From the NCBI GenBank assembly GCA_951406725.2, contig OX597836.1, forward strand, positions 3,162,001 to 3,226,000: a stretch of DNA of 64,000 nt. Direction: 5' to 3'. Below are positions 42,246-56,036 of this stretch, in pieces. Numbering within the stretch: position 1 is the stretch's first letter; each line of letters starts with the position of its first letter. The position numbers and the translations under genes are program-made. The notes under the pieces are model-generated. The model was not told the origin of the DNA, made no database searches, and saw nothing but the letters and a program-made list of their open reading frames with translations. The DNA is from Octopus vulgaris. Lineage: Eukaryota.

Positions 42246-43261
42246 AGATATTTGTGTGTGTCGTTATGTATGTGAAGGTATACTAAATCATGTAAAAAGA
42301 GAGGTAGTCAAAGATAAGGATTAATGTTGATAGATAAACTGATACAGAGGAGGAGGAAAGGCTGAGAGGACAATGGTGGGAGAAGAAAAAGTAGTAATAG
42401 TAGTTGTAGTTATTGTTGTTCGCAAGGAAGACAGATACAACAAATACGTCGGTGTTTCGTGTTGACCAGCAGCATCTCGTCTTAACTCGCTCATTTCATT
42501 TTCACACGTTGCCGTCATGTTTCTATCACAATAACATCCCCGTGGAATTTTCCCTTTACCATTATAGTATAGAGTTAAGGTCTTATAAAATTGAATCGGT
42601 CTCTTGTGTTTTACCATTTCACAAGCGCCGATAATGTTTCACTTTTTTGTTCTTTTATTTTCGGTTTTTGTTTCTTTACTCCTTTTGATGAACATTTTGG
42701 ACAGAATTTTCTGTCAGTTTGATCAACTTCTTCGTGTATATTTAATTCTGTTCTCCTGTATCATTTTTAATCTTTCTGTGTCTCTCTCCCCACCTCTTTC
42801 TCTCTCTCTCTCTCTCACTCGTCAGTCTTCCATTGTAGAAGGTTTTGTGTTCATTGTTGGTTTGTTTCCTCGTCGCTGTTGGAGTTTTTTCTTGGTTTAT
42901 TGTCATAATTCTCTGGTTGCTTGGTGGTGACCGGTCATGCTGTTGAGAAGAGACAGAAAAAGCGAAGAAGTAATTGAGTAACAATAGCAAAACAAACAAA
43001 CAAAATCAAATGATTATATACTTACATATAGACATATGAGATACATGTATACAGACACAAACATATATATATACACACACGTGTATGTGTGTGTTTCTAC
43101 ATACATATGGAAAGACACAAGCTCAAGTAATCAAAACCAATCACAAACATATATATATATATAAATACATACACACATACACAGAAATCAATATACGATT
43201 TAAAGAATGTGTAAAATCTTCCCTGAAACCTTGTACAATATAAAAATGGGCTGTCAGTTCC

Positions 43262-43639
43262 TTTCTACTTTTTCGGGGAGGGAACCAGTCAATTAGATCA
43301 ACCCCAGTACGTAAGTGGTACTTAATTTATCGACCCCGAAAGGATGACAAGCAAATCGACCTCGGTGGAATTTGTACTCAGAATGTAAAGACAGACGAAA
43401 TACCTATTTCTTTACTACCCACGAGGGGTTAAACACAGAGAGGACAAACAAGGACAGACAAACGGAATTAAGTCGATTATATTGACCCCAGTGCGTAACT
43501 GGTACTTATTTAATCGACCCCGAAAGGATGAAAGGATAAGTCGACCTCGGCAGAATTTGAACTCAGAATGTAGCGGCAGACGAAATAGCGCTAAGCATTT
43601 CTCCCGGCGTGCTAACGATTGCGCCAGCTCGCCGCCTTA
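43262..43639 (-). mobile_element. SINE family B dimer (185-bp period)
   Basis: AATTTG(T/A)ACTCAGAATGTA occurs at 43369 and 43554; there is one head, GCTCGCCGCCTT. Confidence 0.92.
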
Positions 43640-44799
43640 ATATGGGCGCTCAGTTGAGAAAGCAATGATTATCAACGCTAAAAGTGGCAGAAACAAGTAA
43701 AAGAAAAGGAGGATATTTTCGAAACAAAACATTTTTCATGCAGAATTTAAACGATAGGACGGCTTTTAAGGTAGTAGATATATATATATATATATGCATA
43801 ATTGTATATCTACACACACCTTTGCATGCGTACGTACATATTTCTATATATGTTCGTGTGTGTATGTGTCTGTAGTAGTAGTAAGTAAAAGAAACTGGTT
43901 TAGAAGAGGAGGAAGAAGAAAAAGGAGGCGGTAAAGAATAGAGACCCTGGAATCTGATCAAAATATTTGAATGAACTGTAAAAAGGAGGATCTCGAAAGA
44001 GCCCTTTAGTAGTGTGATAAGATAATAAATTTTCTTTAATAAATCCACTCCATCCTCATGTTAATTATATTATATCTAATACAATTTAGACATGGCTAAA
44101 AAAAGCAGTTAATTGTCCTTCAGATTATCGGCAGACACCTACAGTCATCTAATATGCCAGACGGCGGTGTTAGTCTGGGTGACTGTTTAAGTCTGTAACC
44201 AAAACGCCAAATAAATCTAAATGCAGGACTTTAGCTTACACCAAAATTCCATTAAAACCCTTATTTCAAACTGAAGTTATGATAGAATAAGACATTTTAT
44301 ACAAGATATCCCAATGCGGGCTCGAACTTCAAACTTCAGGATTGCAAAGCGATGTTTTAACCACCTGTTAATGACTACCTTTTTGTTAGCCAAACACTCT
44401 GAAAAAAAATCTCATGTGAATAAAATAGCAGGTAGGAAAAAGTTGCTTAAAATGAAACTCAGATGCGTCCATTGTTGCGGCTGCCACCACAGCTTAAAAT
44501 GCGTATAATAATGGTTATGCATTATTCCTGCTGTATCAATCGCAAATGGGCTAATCGACGCGTTACTTAATGTATTGTTTAAATAAATATCCACACCAGC
44601 AGACTTTCGCATAACTCTATAGTTTATCCAGTATCACAGTACCAATTATTAGTACACTATTATCATTTTTATAACACACAAAAAAAGGTTCAGTATTAGT
44701 CCATCCAATCTGGTTGCATGCTAATGTTCTATTTTTAAAGCCAGATATATACCTGTAAGCGTTCTACATTATATTTTCTTTAAGATATTGAAATTATGT

Positions 44800-46900
44800 A
44801 GCCTGGCGTATATAAAGCAGATTTTTACATTCCGAATGTAAGTGTATTTTTGAAAGCTAATGACGTACGCCTTGATGGAGTATGTTCCTTTGTTGCAGAA
44901 AATAAACCACGTAGGCTATATCTGTCAATGGTATTATGGAAATTATAGCTACTCCCCAATGATGCCAATGCTATAATGGTCTGTTCTGATATGGAAAATC
45001 CTTTTCGTTTATACTGGATGTATTCATGCAAGGGAGAGTCACGCATTTTTTTGTTAATGGATACGCAACCCATTCACTTTCCGATCGTAATTGGCATGTA
45101 AAAGCAAGCAATGCGTACCTTTATAATTGTTCATATGATAGTGAAATGTGTCAGTTATATGTCAAATTCTGCTGGTGTTCCAGGATTAGGTTTTAGCTGG
45201 ACGTAATCTAATCCAATTCCTGCAAGAACTTTGTTGCTGCAATGAAAACATATTATTTATTACCCATCTCCTCTCTTGGCCTCGCAGTTAACATAATCAC
45301 GTAGTTTTCTTTATTGTGAATTCTGAGATACATTAATAGCAGCTTTATAAAATGTTCTCTGAGATGCAATTGTTCCCTGCTGGCATCTCAGCACAAAAAT
45401 ACCCATAGAATAAAGAATTATTCGACTTCGTATATTATGTTAGTTCCATAATGTTCAAAATTGTCTGTCGACATTTTACTCTGCTGCACTTTATCCCTAA
45501 TACCTTGTCTTTCGCCCAACCCAAAATGCATTTTTCCAGTGTTTCAGTATTATGGGGAGTGCGAAACGTGCATAGAGTCAGAGAGCAAGATACAAACACA
45601 TATACACATGTGTATGTTTGTGTGCAATTATGTATGGTTAGCGGTATTTCATGCCTTTACGTTTAGAGTTCAAATTCCGGCGTAGTCGACTTTACCTTTC
45701 ATCTTCTCCGGGTCGATAAATTAAGTACCAGTTACGTACTGGGGACGATCTAATCGACTAGGCCCCTCTCCAAAACTTCCGGGCCTTGTGCCTAGAGTAG
45801 AAAATAATATATCTTATCTTTCAACTGAGAGATGATTCGCGGTGAACAAGTTAATTTCTAATACCAGCTTTTTGAAGAACTCGTTGTTTCCCAAAGTTGA
45901 GTCCCTTGAGAAAATTCTTTTAAATAACAGCGATTGTTGCTATTGAACGGATTATGCAACCACTGTTATATTGAATCAAAACAATTGCGATATTAATCCT
46001 GAGCATATTTCTATTATCTCTTAATTAATCACTGATAAGTAGCTAGTTAATTATTCCTTTGCGATTGAGCAAGTCTACTCCACTGAAATTTAATTAGATT
46101 TTCTCTTTAATATCCAGTCATCCTATTTATCATGGCTCAGGTGCTGGGGTCTGTTTATACATTAACTGTAGGCAGATGCTGATGGAAACATTTACTAGAG
46201 GTATAATATGTTTGTTTATTAAACAACATTATTGTTATGCCAGTAAAACTCGTTCGAGCTTCATGCTCGAGTTTATTCAAGAACTTTCAATGTTAATATG
46301 CTTTGGATAGTAAATACATTAATCTCAGCCAAATGCCTTCATGTTATTAACCCATTCCTTGTCATGAGTCCCATTTGGGGTCTGCTAAAACACAGTCTCC
46401 TTGCCAGTTGTTTGTTGTATTTAAAATGAATTGCTTATGGACATTCCAGTGATGTCTTTAACAATATTTAATAGTTAAAGTTTGTCATTGTTAGCTCTGG
46501 CTAATTCTAGGGGACATTTTATGTCACAAAACGTAGTTTTTGAACTACCACAATATTGACAGTTTTGAAAACGTTGTTTTTTATTCCTTTTGCATTCTCG
46601 AACACTTTTCTTATGATTATTTCAAAACAACCTCCTCTATTGAAGGTGGTCATTTTAATCTTATACCCCTTTCCTTTAACTACCTTTACCGTCACTCTTG
46701 ACTTCACTTATTTGCCAAATTTCCCTTTTCACATCCTATTTTCTTTCTGGTGACATTTTATTTTCTTGGCGTAATTTCTTTAAGGGTCTGCTCAGTTCCC
46801 ATTTCAAACTCGTGGTGCTTTCTCTATCAGCTTTTTTCAGTAATGTATTTGTATTTCCGTTATCTCTTTAGCCAGCTATCTTTAGCTACACCTGCTACTG
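44800..46900 (-). mobile_element. Highly decayed L1/Tx1-like LINE (RT relic), interrupted by a SINE
   Basis: Minus strand 45160-45300, read across frameshifts, gives VIML/KRGDG, NKVLAGI, IRLRP and LILEHQ. These resemble ITLIPKKGD..YKILAKVLANRL..IIHEDQ. Boundaries are uncertain. Confidence 0.5.
45645..45805 (+). mobile_element. SINE family B body
   Basis: TTAGCGGTATTTC...GAGTTCAAATTCCGG...GGTCGATAAATTAAGTACCAGTTACG...GGCCTTGTGCCTAGAGTAGAAAA. Confidence 0.88.
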
Positions 46901-47127
46901 CACCTGCTTGTATATATTATTAAACACCAAAGAGAAGTAAGTGGCATATACACCCAACTGAACAGTGGAATGTCAAATGGATAAGTGAAAGGAAAAATCA
47001 ATGGTGACGGGGAAAGAGAAAATAAAAATAGAATGATTGCAAATGTGGTTAAAGTTTTCTTCGCTAAAAATTACGCTTCCAACCTTGTGTAGGATGTTAT
47101 GGACAAGAGAAAAGCGGAACATAATAC

Positions 47128-47511
47128 TTTTGCTCTCTTGTTTTAGTCATTTGACTACGGCCATTCTGGAGCACCGCCTTTGGTCGAGGAAATCGAGCCC
47201 AGGACTTATTCTTTGTAAGCCTAGTACTTATTCTATCGGTCCCTTTTGCCGAACCGCTAAGTTACGGGGACGCAAACACACCAGCACCGGTTGTCAAGCG
47301 ATGTTGGGGGGACAAACACAGACACACAAACACACACACATACATATATACGACGGGCTTCTTTCAGTTTCCATGAACCAAATCCACTCACAATGCTTTG
47401 GTCGGCCCGGGGCTATAGTAGAAGACACTTGCCCAAGGTGCCACGTGATGGGACTGAACCTGGAAGCATGTGGTTGGTAAGCAAGCAACTTACCACGCAG
47501 CCACTCCTGTG
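47128..47511 (-). mobile_element. SINE family A, full-length
   Basis: Aligns end to end with 24651-25050. Confidence 0.93.
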
Positions 47512-47951
47512 CGAAGAAACACATAAATATTTAAATAGGAAATTAATGATGGTGATATAGTCATTTTATGGTAGAAGCTTAGAAATCGGCAGCTGAAGTG
47601 AGAACGCACAAAGTATTTTAGTGAGAAATAGGGATAGAAGAGACCACTACGAACACGAGACGAGATTTGTGCAGATCTTTAACGAAAGTACACAAAGGAA
47701 ATACAATGTTGTTAGAACACAAGAACAGTGGAACATAGTGGACGTGTGACAGAATAATTTTTTGGTAATAAGAAGAAAAAACGTAAAATAAGGAAGAATC
47801 AAATATATTTGAATAGAAATTTCATTATTTGTACTTAACTTTCCTGCAAGAAAACTTCATGTGGGACGCAAGAGAAATATCTTCATTTTGATTCTTTACA
47901 AAAGAAACCCCAGTCAAGTGTGGAATGGAGAAAACAAATATAAGACATTAA

Positions 47952-48166
47952 CCCTTTTGTTTTATTCCTGTAGAGATGCTCTGTGTTTCTTCAATTAATT
48001 TTAAATATAACAAAGAATTTAGTAACATAACTTAGTTATTTAATTAGTGTGAGGAATTTAAACTGTGACTAAGATTTGGAGGAAGATTTTAATTCAGAAC
48101 TTTTGAAAATAAGACATTTGTACTGCAGACCCAGAGCCGGTTTCAGCCGGGTTTATATCAAAATGG
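47952..48166. mobile_element. piggyBac-type MITE
   Basis: TTAA|CCCTTTTG ... CAAAATGG|TTAA: TTAA target duplication and short CCC-starting TIRs; no ORF. Confidence 0.75.
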
Positions 48167-48543
48167 TTAATGAAGAAAAGAGAAGACAAAATATAAAATA
48201 TACATCTAAACGGAGTAGAATTCCTTTTTGTGACCCAAATCTCTTTGGGTAAATATCCAGCCTCAGTCGAACAAACATATGGTTAAAGACATTCCGAACG
48301 TGACCATCCTATATATCCGTTTCGTCTGTCTTTAAGCTATGAGTTCAAATGTCAACGAGGTCGATTTAGACAGATAAAATAGATAACACTTGAGCACTGG
48401 GGGTTAATGTAATACACTTACCCCTACCCCTAATATTGCTGGCCTTGTGCTAAAATTTGAAACCTTTATTTTTGTTCTTGTTGTCACTGTTTATGTTGCT
48501 GTTACCACTGATGCTATTGCACTCGGTATTATTACTTGGTCCC

Positions 48544-49020
48544 AAGGCGGCGACAGGGCAGACACGTGAGCACGCCGGGCGAAATGCTTAGCGCTATTTC
48601 GTCTGCCGCTACGTTCTGAGTTCAAATTCCGCCAAGGTCGATCTTGCCTTTCATCCTTTCGGGGTCGTTAATTTAAGTACCAGTAAAACACTGGGGTCGA
48701 TATAATCGACTTAATCCACTTGTCTGTCCTTGTTTATCCCCTCTGTGTTTGGCCCCTTGTGGGTAATAAAGAAATAGGTATTTCATCTGCCGCTACGTTC
48801 TGAGTTCAAATTCCGCCGAGGTCGATCTTGCCTTTCATCCTTTCGAGGTCGTTAATTTAAGTACCAATTACGCACTGGGGTCGATATAATCGACTTAATT
48901 CGTTTGTCTGTCCTTGTTTGTCCCCTCTGTATTTAGCCCCTTGTGGGTAATAAAGAAATAGGTATTTCATCTGCCGCTACGTTCTGAGTTCAAATTCCGC
49001 CGAAGTCGACTTTGCCTTTC
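48544..49020 (+). mobile_element. SINE family B concatemer (184-bp period)
   Basis: GCTACGTTCTGAGTTCAAATTCCGCC occurs at 48608, 48792 and 48976, with a single head AAGGCGGCG. Confidence 0.93.
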
Positions 49021-49929
49021 GATTTAAGTTTCGATTTTATTGATAAGACGGCAGGGTATGAGTTAAGGAGCGTTGAGACCAGCCAACTCATTCACACGTC
49101 TCACCTGTTGCCAGGTAGAATGTTGTGACAGCTGTGCGCAGTGTCTCCATTTTGAGACAGCGGCATGCCGTGTCTCCATTCTCATCACTTCCATGAATTT
49201 TCACCGCCATGAATGTGGTACAATTATTTTCTAGATGTGATGGAGCAGCTACAGATCGTTATGTCAGGAAGCTTGTATTAATCTTCAAGCAGTATGTGTC
49301 TCCTACTATGTATTTTTTTCTGCTATTATTCATAAAAGACCAGCACAGTTAAAACTCAATGTGCAGTTGTAAACTTTTTTGAATTGTTTTCGATTGTAGT
49401 TACTCGTTTCTTCACGCGGCTCGAGAAATAAATTTTTATTCAGCAACTCGACCAGTCATCACTTCAGACCAGCCAACAACAACAACAAACAACCACCACA
49501 CCATCACAGCTTACCACTATTTATAGTAAATGAAATGACGGCAAAGTGGCGATGATAGTATTGTTGTTGTTGTTGTTGTTGTTGTTGCTGTGGCTGTTGG
49601 TGTTCGCATAGTTCTTTGGATCTGTCTTTGATTTACTGTTCCCAAGATTTATAGAATCAAGCTGCGATTAGCAACAATTGACAATTCCTCTCCACACCTC
49701 CTCTTCTCCCATCCGCACACACTCACACACCATCGAGATATTTCGATTCTAGCAATGTCTTTGAGAAGACAAAAGTTGTTAAGATAGATGAGTTCTTTGA
49801 AAATATTTCTGCTTCCGTGGAGGAACGATTTTCTTCTCTCTTTCGTTTAACTTCGTTCCTACTTGCCGCTTGCTGTCTGATATTTCAACAGCGGCGAAAA
49901 TAGAGGAGACATAGGTAGATATATAGATG

Positions 49930-50960
49930 GACAGATAGAGAGAGAAGTGGGAGAGGATATGATGAAGAAAGAGACAGAAAAGAAAAATGAGTGATGCATT
50001 GAATAATAATAGAAAGAAAATATGAAAAGAGATGGTAAATATTGGATATATTGTGTGAGGGAGACGAAAGAAGAAGAGAGTGATGAAGAAAGACGGAGAT
50101 GGTGAGAAGGAAGGAAAGAATAACAGGGAAAAAGAAAGGAAATGATAGGAAGGAAAAGGAAGAAGATTGATGCAGGACAGAAAGAGACAAAGTGTGTGGG
50201 AGAAGGAAAAAATAACGATAGAAAAATAGAAAGCCAAAGTGATAGAAGGAAAGAAAGAAAGACAGTTTCGTTCCCATCTCTGCTTCATTCCTATCTCTTT
50301 CAATCCATCTGTCCTTTTATATCTCTCTATAATTCCTCACTCTTTCTTTTTACTTTTCTTTCAATTTTCTCTTATTTACTTTTCACACCATTAATCATTT
50401 TCTTTTCTTTTTTCAGGTCTCTCTCTCTCTCTCATAACCTCGCTTTCTTTCTCTCTCTGTCTTCGCCCTCACTTACTTTTCTCTCTCTCTCTCTCCTTTT
50501 TTTTATCTCACTTTCTCTCTCTCTCGTTTTTGTCTGTTGAAACGCCAGACATTAAACAAGTGGAAGCGAAGTTAGAAAGATGACAACGGATCACAAACGA
50601 GAGAATGGAAGGAAACAAGAGAGAAGAGGAGCAAGAGTGACAGAGAAGAAACCAGAGAGAGAGAGAGAGCGAAAGAGAGAGAAAAACGAAAGAGAGAGAA
50701 AAACGAAACAGAGACAGAGATAGAAAGCAGTAGAAGCAGAATCAGAGAGAAAGAAAAAGAGAGAAGAATAAGTGTGAGAGAAAGAGAAAGAAAGAGAGAG
50801 AGAAAGAGAAAGAAAAAGAGAGAAGAATAAGAGAGAGAGAGATTGAGAAGTGGGGTTGGGTGGAATGACGGAGGTAAAAAGTTACAAGAAAGTGTGTTGA
50901 TAGCAGAAATCGTTAGGAATGAAAAAAAAAAAAATGAAAGACAAAGCAAGAACGAGTAGA
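49930..50960. repeat. Alternating polypurine / polypyrimidine / polypurine low-complexity tracts
   Basis: GA-rich at ~49930-50262, CT-rich at ~50270-50530, GA-rich at ~50570-50960. Confidence 0.85.
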
Positions 50961-51789
50961 ATGTATTAATCTTCTCTCTGTGATTCCAAGTCAATTCTCT
51001 TGGACGTTATTCCACGTCATAACTTCCACCGCTGGACACTTAATACTAAAATCCGAAATTTATTCAAATCTTCTAGCTGGTTTGCTTTTCACGATAAATT
51101 CCATTGGGCTTTTTCAATTACTTCAATGTTAAACCCGTGAAGACAGAAGACAGTTATTTTCTTATTATTATTATCATTTTTGTTGTTATTGCTGCTGTTG
51201 TTGTCGTTGTCTTTGTCACTGTTTTCTGTTGTTGTTCCTGAAACTGTATGCATCAAACACAATATGTTATGATTTGCACCAGTTTGTCATTAATATCCAG
51301 TTACATTTATTTCTTCTGCAAGAAATATATTTTCCATTTATTCAATGCTTAAATATTGAATAGAATACATACAATACATAAACACATATATACATACACA
51401 ACTACAATATATACATACATATATATACAAACTTGTGTGTGTATGTATATACTGACACACGCATATATAAATGTATATTTATGTGTGTGTACGTATATAT
51501 ATATATATATATATATACTCGATTCTTCCGTCTTTTCATCGGCCATATACATGTTTCCAATTAATGTTTCATTTGGTTCTGGTAAAAGTCAATACGTTTC
51601 TATGGTAACACAAATGATATGAGAATGAGAGAGACACACACAGGGAGAGAGAGAGAGAAGTAGGTGTCGCAGTTTATCGACATTTTCTGGCTGGTACATT
51701 GTATAGCTGCTCACTAAAATTACAGCAAAACATCCCCTTAAATCACACCTTACTGTTTGAAATAATTGTTCGAAACACGTACAGAAGAC

Positions 51790-52715
51790 CTGGAATCTTG
51801 CGGGAGGAGATTTAGGGACACCATCGCCCCCAGTATTTAACTGGTATTATATCTTATCGACACCGAAAGGATGGAACCAAGGATGTATTCGGCGGGATTT
51901 CAACTCGGGATGCAAAAGCACGCAAAAAATATCGCAAGGCATTTTTCCAACGATGTAACATGTCTATCCACGACCCTCACCGTCTAAACAAAACCTTTCT
52001 ACTGCAAGCACAAGACCTCAAATTTGAGAGAAGAGATTAAGTATATTACAGCGACCCCAGTGCGTAACTGATACCTAATTTATCGACCCCAAAAGGATAA
52101 AAGGTAAAGTCGACCCCGACGGCATTTGAACTCAGAACACGAAGACAGACCAAATATCGCTAAGCATTTCGCACGGCGCGATAACGATTCTTTTCTACTT
52201 TATGCACAAGGTCCGAGATTTTTGGATAGGAGCCAGTCGATTACATCAAACCTCAGTACACAACTGGTACTTAATTTATCGACCCCGAAAGAATGAAAGA
52301 CAAAGTCGACCTCGGTGGAATTTGAACCCGGAACGAAGGAATATTCTTTTCTACACTAGGCACGAGGCCAGAAATTTTGGGGGTGGAGGTTCATCAATTA
52401 GATCGACTCCAGTACGCAACCGGTACTTAATTCATCGATCCCGAAAGGACGAAATGCAATGTCGACCTCGGTGAAATTTGAACTCAGAATGAAGGGATAT
52501 TCTTTCCTACTCTAGGCACAAGGCCTCAGATTTGAGGGAAGGGATTAAGTCGATTACATCGACTCCAGAGCGTACTTAATTTCTCTGGTACTTAATTTCT
52601 CGACCCCCAAAGCATAAAAGGCAAAGTCGATTCCGGCATCATTTGAACTCAGAACCCGAAATACTGCTAAACTTTTCAGCCGGCGTGTTTAATGTTTCTG
52701 CCATCTCTCCGCCCT
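51790..52715 (-). mobile_element. Cluster of SINE family B units including a 156-bp-period trimer
   Basis: GCAC(A/G)AGG unit ends at 52204, 52360 and 52516; AAAGTCGACC...AATTTGAAC recurs. Confidence 0.88.
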
Positions 52716-52750
52716 CTCACCGTATAAAATAATGAAGGGAGGCATTGAGT

Positions 52751-53138
52751 CAGTGGTTTTCAAGGAATCATTGTTTTTCTTCTTACCTAAGCATCCCTTT
52801 GATTACTATTTTGCTCCGCCGGCGCCAATTACCATTCGATGTTTAAAAACTACTTTTATATACACTTGTTTTCTAATTTCTTTTTGCTTTCCCACCCATT
52901 CATTTGTGTAGGTGTGCAATCACATCCTCTCACCGAAAATGTTTCCAATGGACGAAAACCTGTCGGATTCTATAAAGCGTTAGGGAAAGAAGCCTTATTT
53001 TGCGCAATATATACATCTGGGGCCCTAAATACTACATAGAAACCTCATTTATTATATTGCTTGCATGGACATCCAAAACTTTTATAAGGTGACCCCCGCC
53101 CCAACCGACGTGATATGGACCCTGATTGAAAATCATTG
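52751..53138. mobile_element. hAT (Charlie/Buster-like) non-autonomous element
   Basis: Termini CAGTGGTTTTCAA and TTGAAAATCATTG form an imperfect 13-bp TIR; no 8-bp TSD is recognisable. Confidence 0.55.
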
Positions 53139-54073
53139 TATCCGATAATGTGACCTTATGTGACTTTAAAATATGTACGGCCAAGTACATTATTTACATT
53201 CGACGGATATTTGTCCTCATATTGTATGCCGACCCTTTCTTGTCTCAGTTCGGAACGGATGCCCCTTACATGTTCCAACTTCCGCAGCTGTCGCTCGTAT
53301 GCCAAAATAACAAATATCAAGCAGAAATATCAGTATGCTAAAATGAATAAAACTCGGATTTACTTGTCGCCATTTTCCCGATGGGGTTCGAAATGAAAAG
53401 GCCTGCAAGACGCATCATTAATTCGAACACTTATACGATATTCTACGCCTCTCTTTTTACTACAGGATACATTTATATTTTAAAAACAATAATAATGATT
53501 TTATACTAAAACGCAATCACATTTTAGTGGTATAAATTTCAAACAACAAAATAAACATGAAATCGAAATCAACAACGTTATAGGAAGAAAATTTAGCATG
53601 AAATAGAATCCAAGAATAGTATCAAAAGGGCCTAATGAGACAGACATCTGTGGTGTTTGGCACTAGTTCTCATGCCAAACAAATTATTTCGGGAAAATTC
53701 TAATGAAGTGGAGATAGGTAAAAATATAGGCATAGCGAAAATAAAATCGAATGAAGAGAGAGTGAGAGGGTGGGAGAACGACAGTGAGAGAGTGGTGGAG
53801 AGAGGGAGAGAGAGAGCGATGGAAAGGGAGACAAAAAATAGACTGTTTCAGGCGATTTATAAATATTAAAACACAAAAGTTAGAAGCGGTGGAGCGAGAG
53901 AAGACGATGGTGTGTAAACGGCGGAGTTGGATACAATTAACAGCACACACACAGACAGGCATACATTCATGTGCATAAATGTGAGTGTGTGTGCGTGTAT
54001 TTATGTGTGTATGCCGATGCATATATATATATATATATATATATGGGCGAGTATTTACGTGTGTGTATGTCGA

Positions 54074-54117
<44 letters not shown>

Positions 54118-54579
54118 TATGTGTGTGTATGTGCGAGTGTGTGTGTGAATATATTATATGATTTTATATATATATATATATATATACCTACACATGTGCG
54201 CGCAAATATTTATATACACAGAAAGAAAAAGGGGTCCTTTGACTGTTTAATGAGAAACGAAAAAAAAATTCTGAAACTCTGTTTAATGATATCACACACA
54301 CATCAAACATATATACACATATATACATATATATACATATATAGATGTGTATGTGTGTGCATGTATGTATATGAACATTTAAGAATGTATATATTTGTAT
54401 ATATACATATATGTGAGTTTGTATGTATTTGTAAACGTGTGTGCATACGTGTACGCGAGTCTGTTTATCGGTTAAAATTTTTTTTAAAGTTTCGTTTATA
54501 ATTTAACTTAATATTTTAATGATGTTAAAAGATCTAAAACATATACAGCTGCAGTTAAAAAAAAAACTAAATTAAACAT

Positions 54580-54615
<36 letters not shown>

Positions 54616-55070
54616 AAGTCAGGGAGAGAGAGAGAGGAGGGGTAGTGAGAGAGAAATAGACTGAAATATATATACACACAGGCGTGGATATATATGGATT
54701 TAAATGTGAATGCTTCGAATGAGTCTGTTTAAATATAAGTGCGTATGATAATTTATGTAAATATGTGTATATTATATTTTTACATCTAAATATATTCCTT
54801 TCACAATCACACGTTGGTACATTAGCTTCCGTGGTATAGATATGTATGGGTCTGTTTCAATATGTGCGTATGGGTTTGTCATTGTGTGTGCGTTTTTTTG
54901 CGCATGTGCACGACTGGGTGTTTACGTAAAAATATTTCTGTACACAATTTTTAGACGGTTGTTATTTTCGTTGCTATTTTTTCTTTTTTTTTATTATTAA
55001 GAAACATTGATGTATATAGCTTCTGTATGACTTCGATGCTGCGTTATGTATGTAGGTCTGCAGGTATATA

Positions 55071-55108
<38 letters not shown>

Positions 55109-55515
55109 GTATATTTTTCTGTGAGTATGTATATCTCTATCTATCTAGACACACACACAAACATATATATATATATATATATATATATGCTAACAAATAA
55201 TACTTATAGGTATATACATATATTTTATGTGTGGATATATACACAAACATATATATATAAGTACTGTTTTTCGCACAAATAGAAAGATAGATAGATAAAT
55301 AAATAAACAGAAAGTTAGATAGAGAGATGATACATGCATAGATTTAAACAAGTACCTATATTCATATACGCATGTATATATACATATGTCTATATATAAA
55401 GATGTACATATAGATGTATACGCATATGTACGTATATATATACACACATATAGATCACATCTGTATATATATACATATACAGGTATATTGATACACGTGT
55501 ACACACACTTATATA

Positions 55516-55739
55516 TGTACATATATATATAAATATAATACACACACACACATATATATATGTACATAAATATATATAAATATAATACACACACACACAT
55601 ATATATATGTACATAAATATATATAAATATAATACACACACACACATATATATATGTACATAAATATATATAAATATAATACACACACACACATATATAT
55701 ATATGTACATAAATATATATAAATATAATACACACACAC

Positions 55740-55742
<3 letters not shown>
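55516..55742. repeat. ~47-bp minisatellite, 5 copies
   Basis: TGTACAT(A)AATATATATAAATATAATA(CA)n(TA)n starts at 55516, 55561, 55608, 55655 and 55704. Confidence 0.92.
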
Positions 55743-55775
<33 letters not shown>

Positions 55776-55779
<4 letters not shown>

Positions 55780-55990
55780 GGAGTAAACACATAAATGTGA
55801 AACAAGGTGGAAAAAAGAGTACTCAAATACCAGTGGTAGAGTAATATGCTTTATTTTAGAGAAAAAATCAAAATCGTTACTCTGAGTTTCTTTGCCGTTC
55901 ATCAGACAGTTTTTGCTACAAAAACTGTCTGATGAACACGAGAAACTCAGAGTAACAGATTTTGTTGATTTTTCTGCTGCTTAAAATAAA

Positions 55991-55991
<1 letters not shown>
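55776..55991 (-). mobile_element. Foldback hammerhead element, copy 2
   Basis: Reverse-complement homologue of 21479-21720. TCATCAG is at 55899-55905 and CTGATGA..GAAACTCAGAGTAACAG at 55929-55958. (TA)n flanks both sides. Stem II carries small deletions in both arms. Confidence 0.85.

Positions 55992-56036
<45 letters not shown>

Noticed and set aside
48600-49020. Regularly spaced repeats as a CRISPR array
   Set aside because: The whole 184-bp unit repeats with no unique spacers, the context is eukaryotic SINE sequence, and there are no cas genes.
49779-50994. Hydrophobic F/L/S-rich ORFs as membrane proteins
   Set aside because: They are translations of CT-rich low-complexity tracts.
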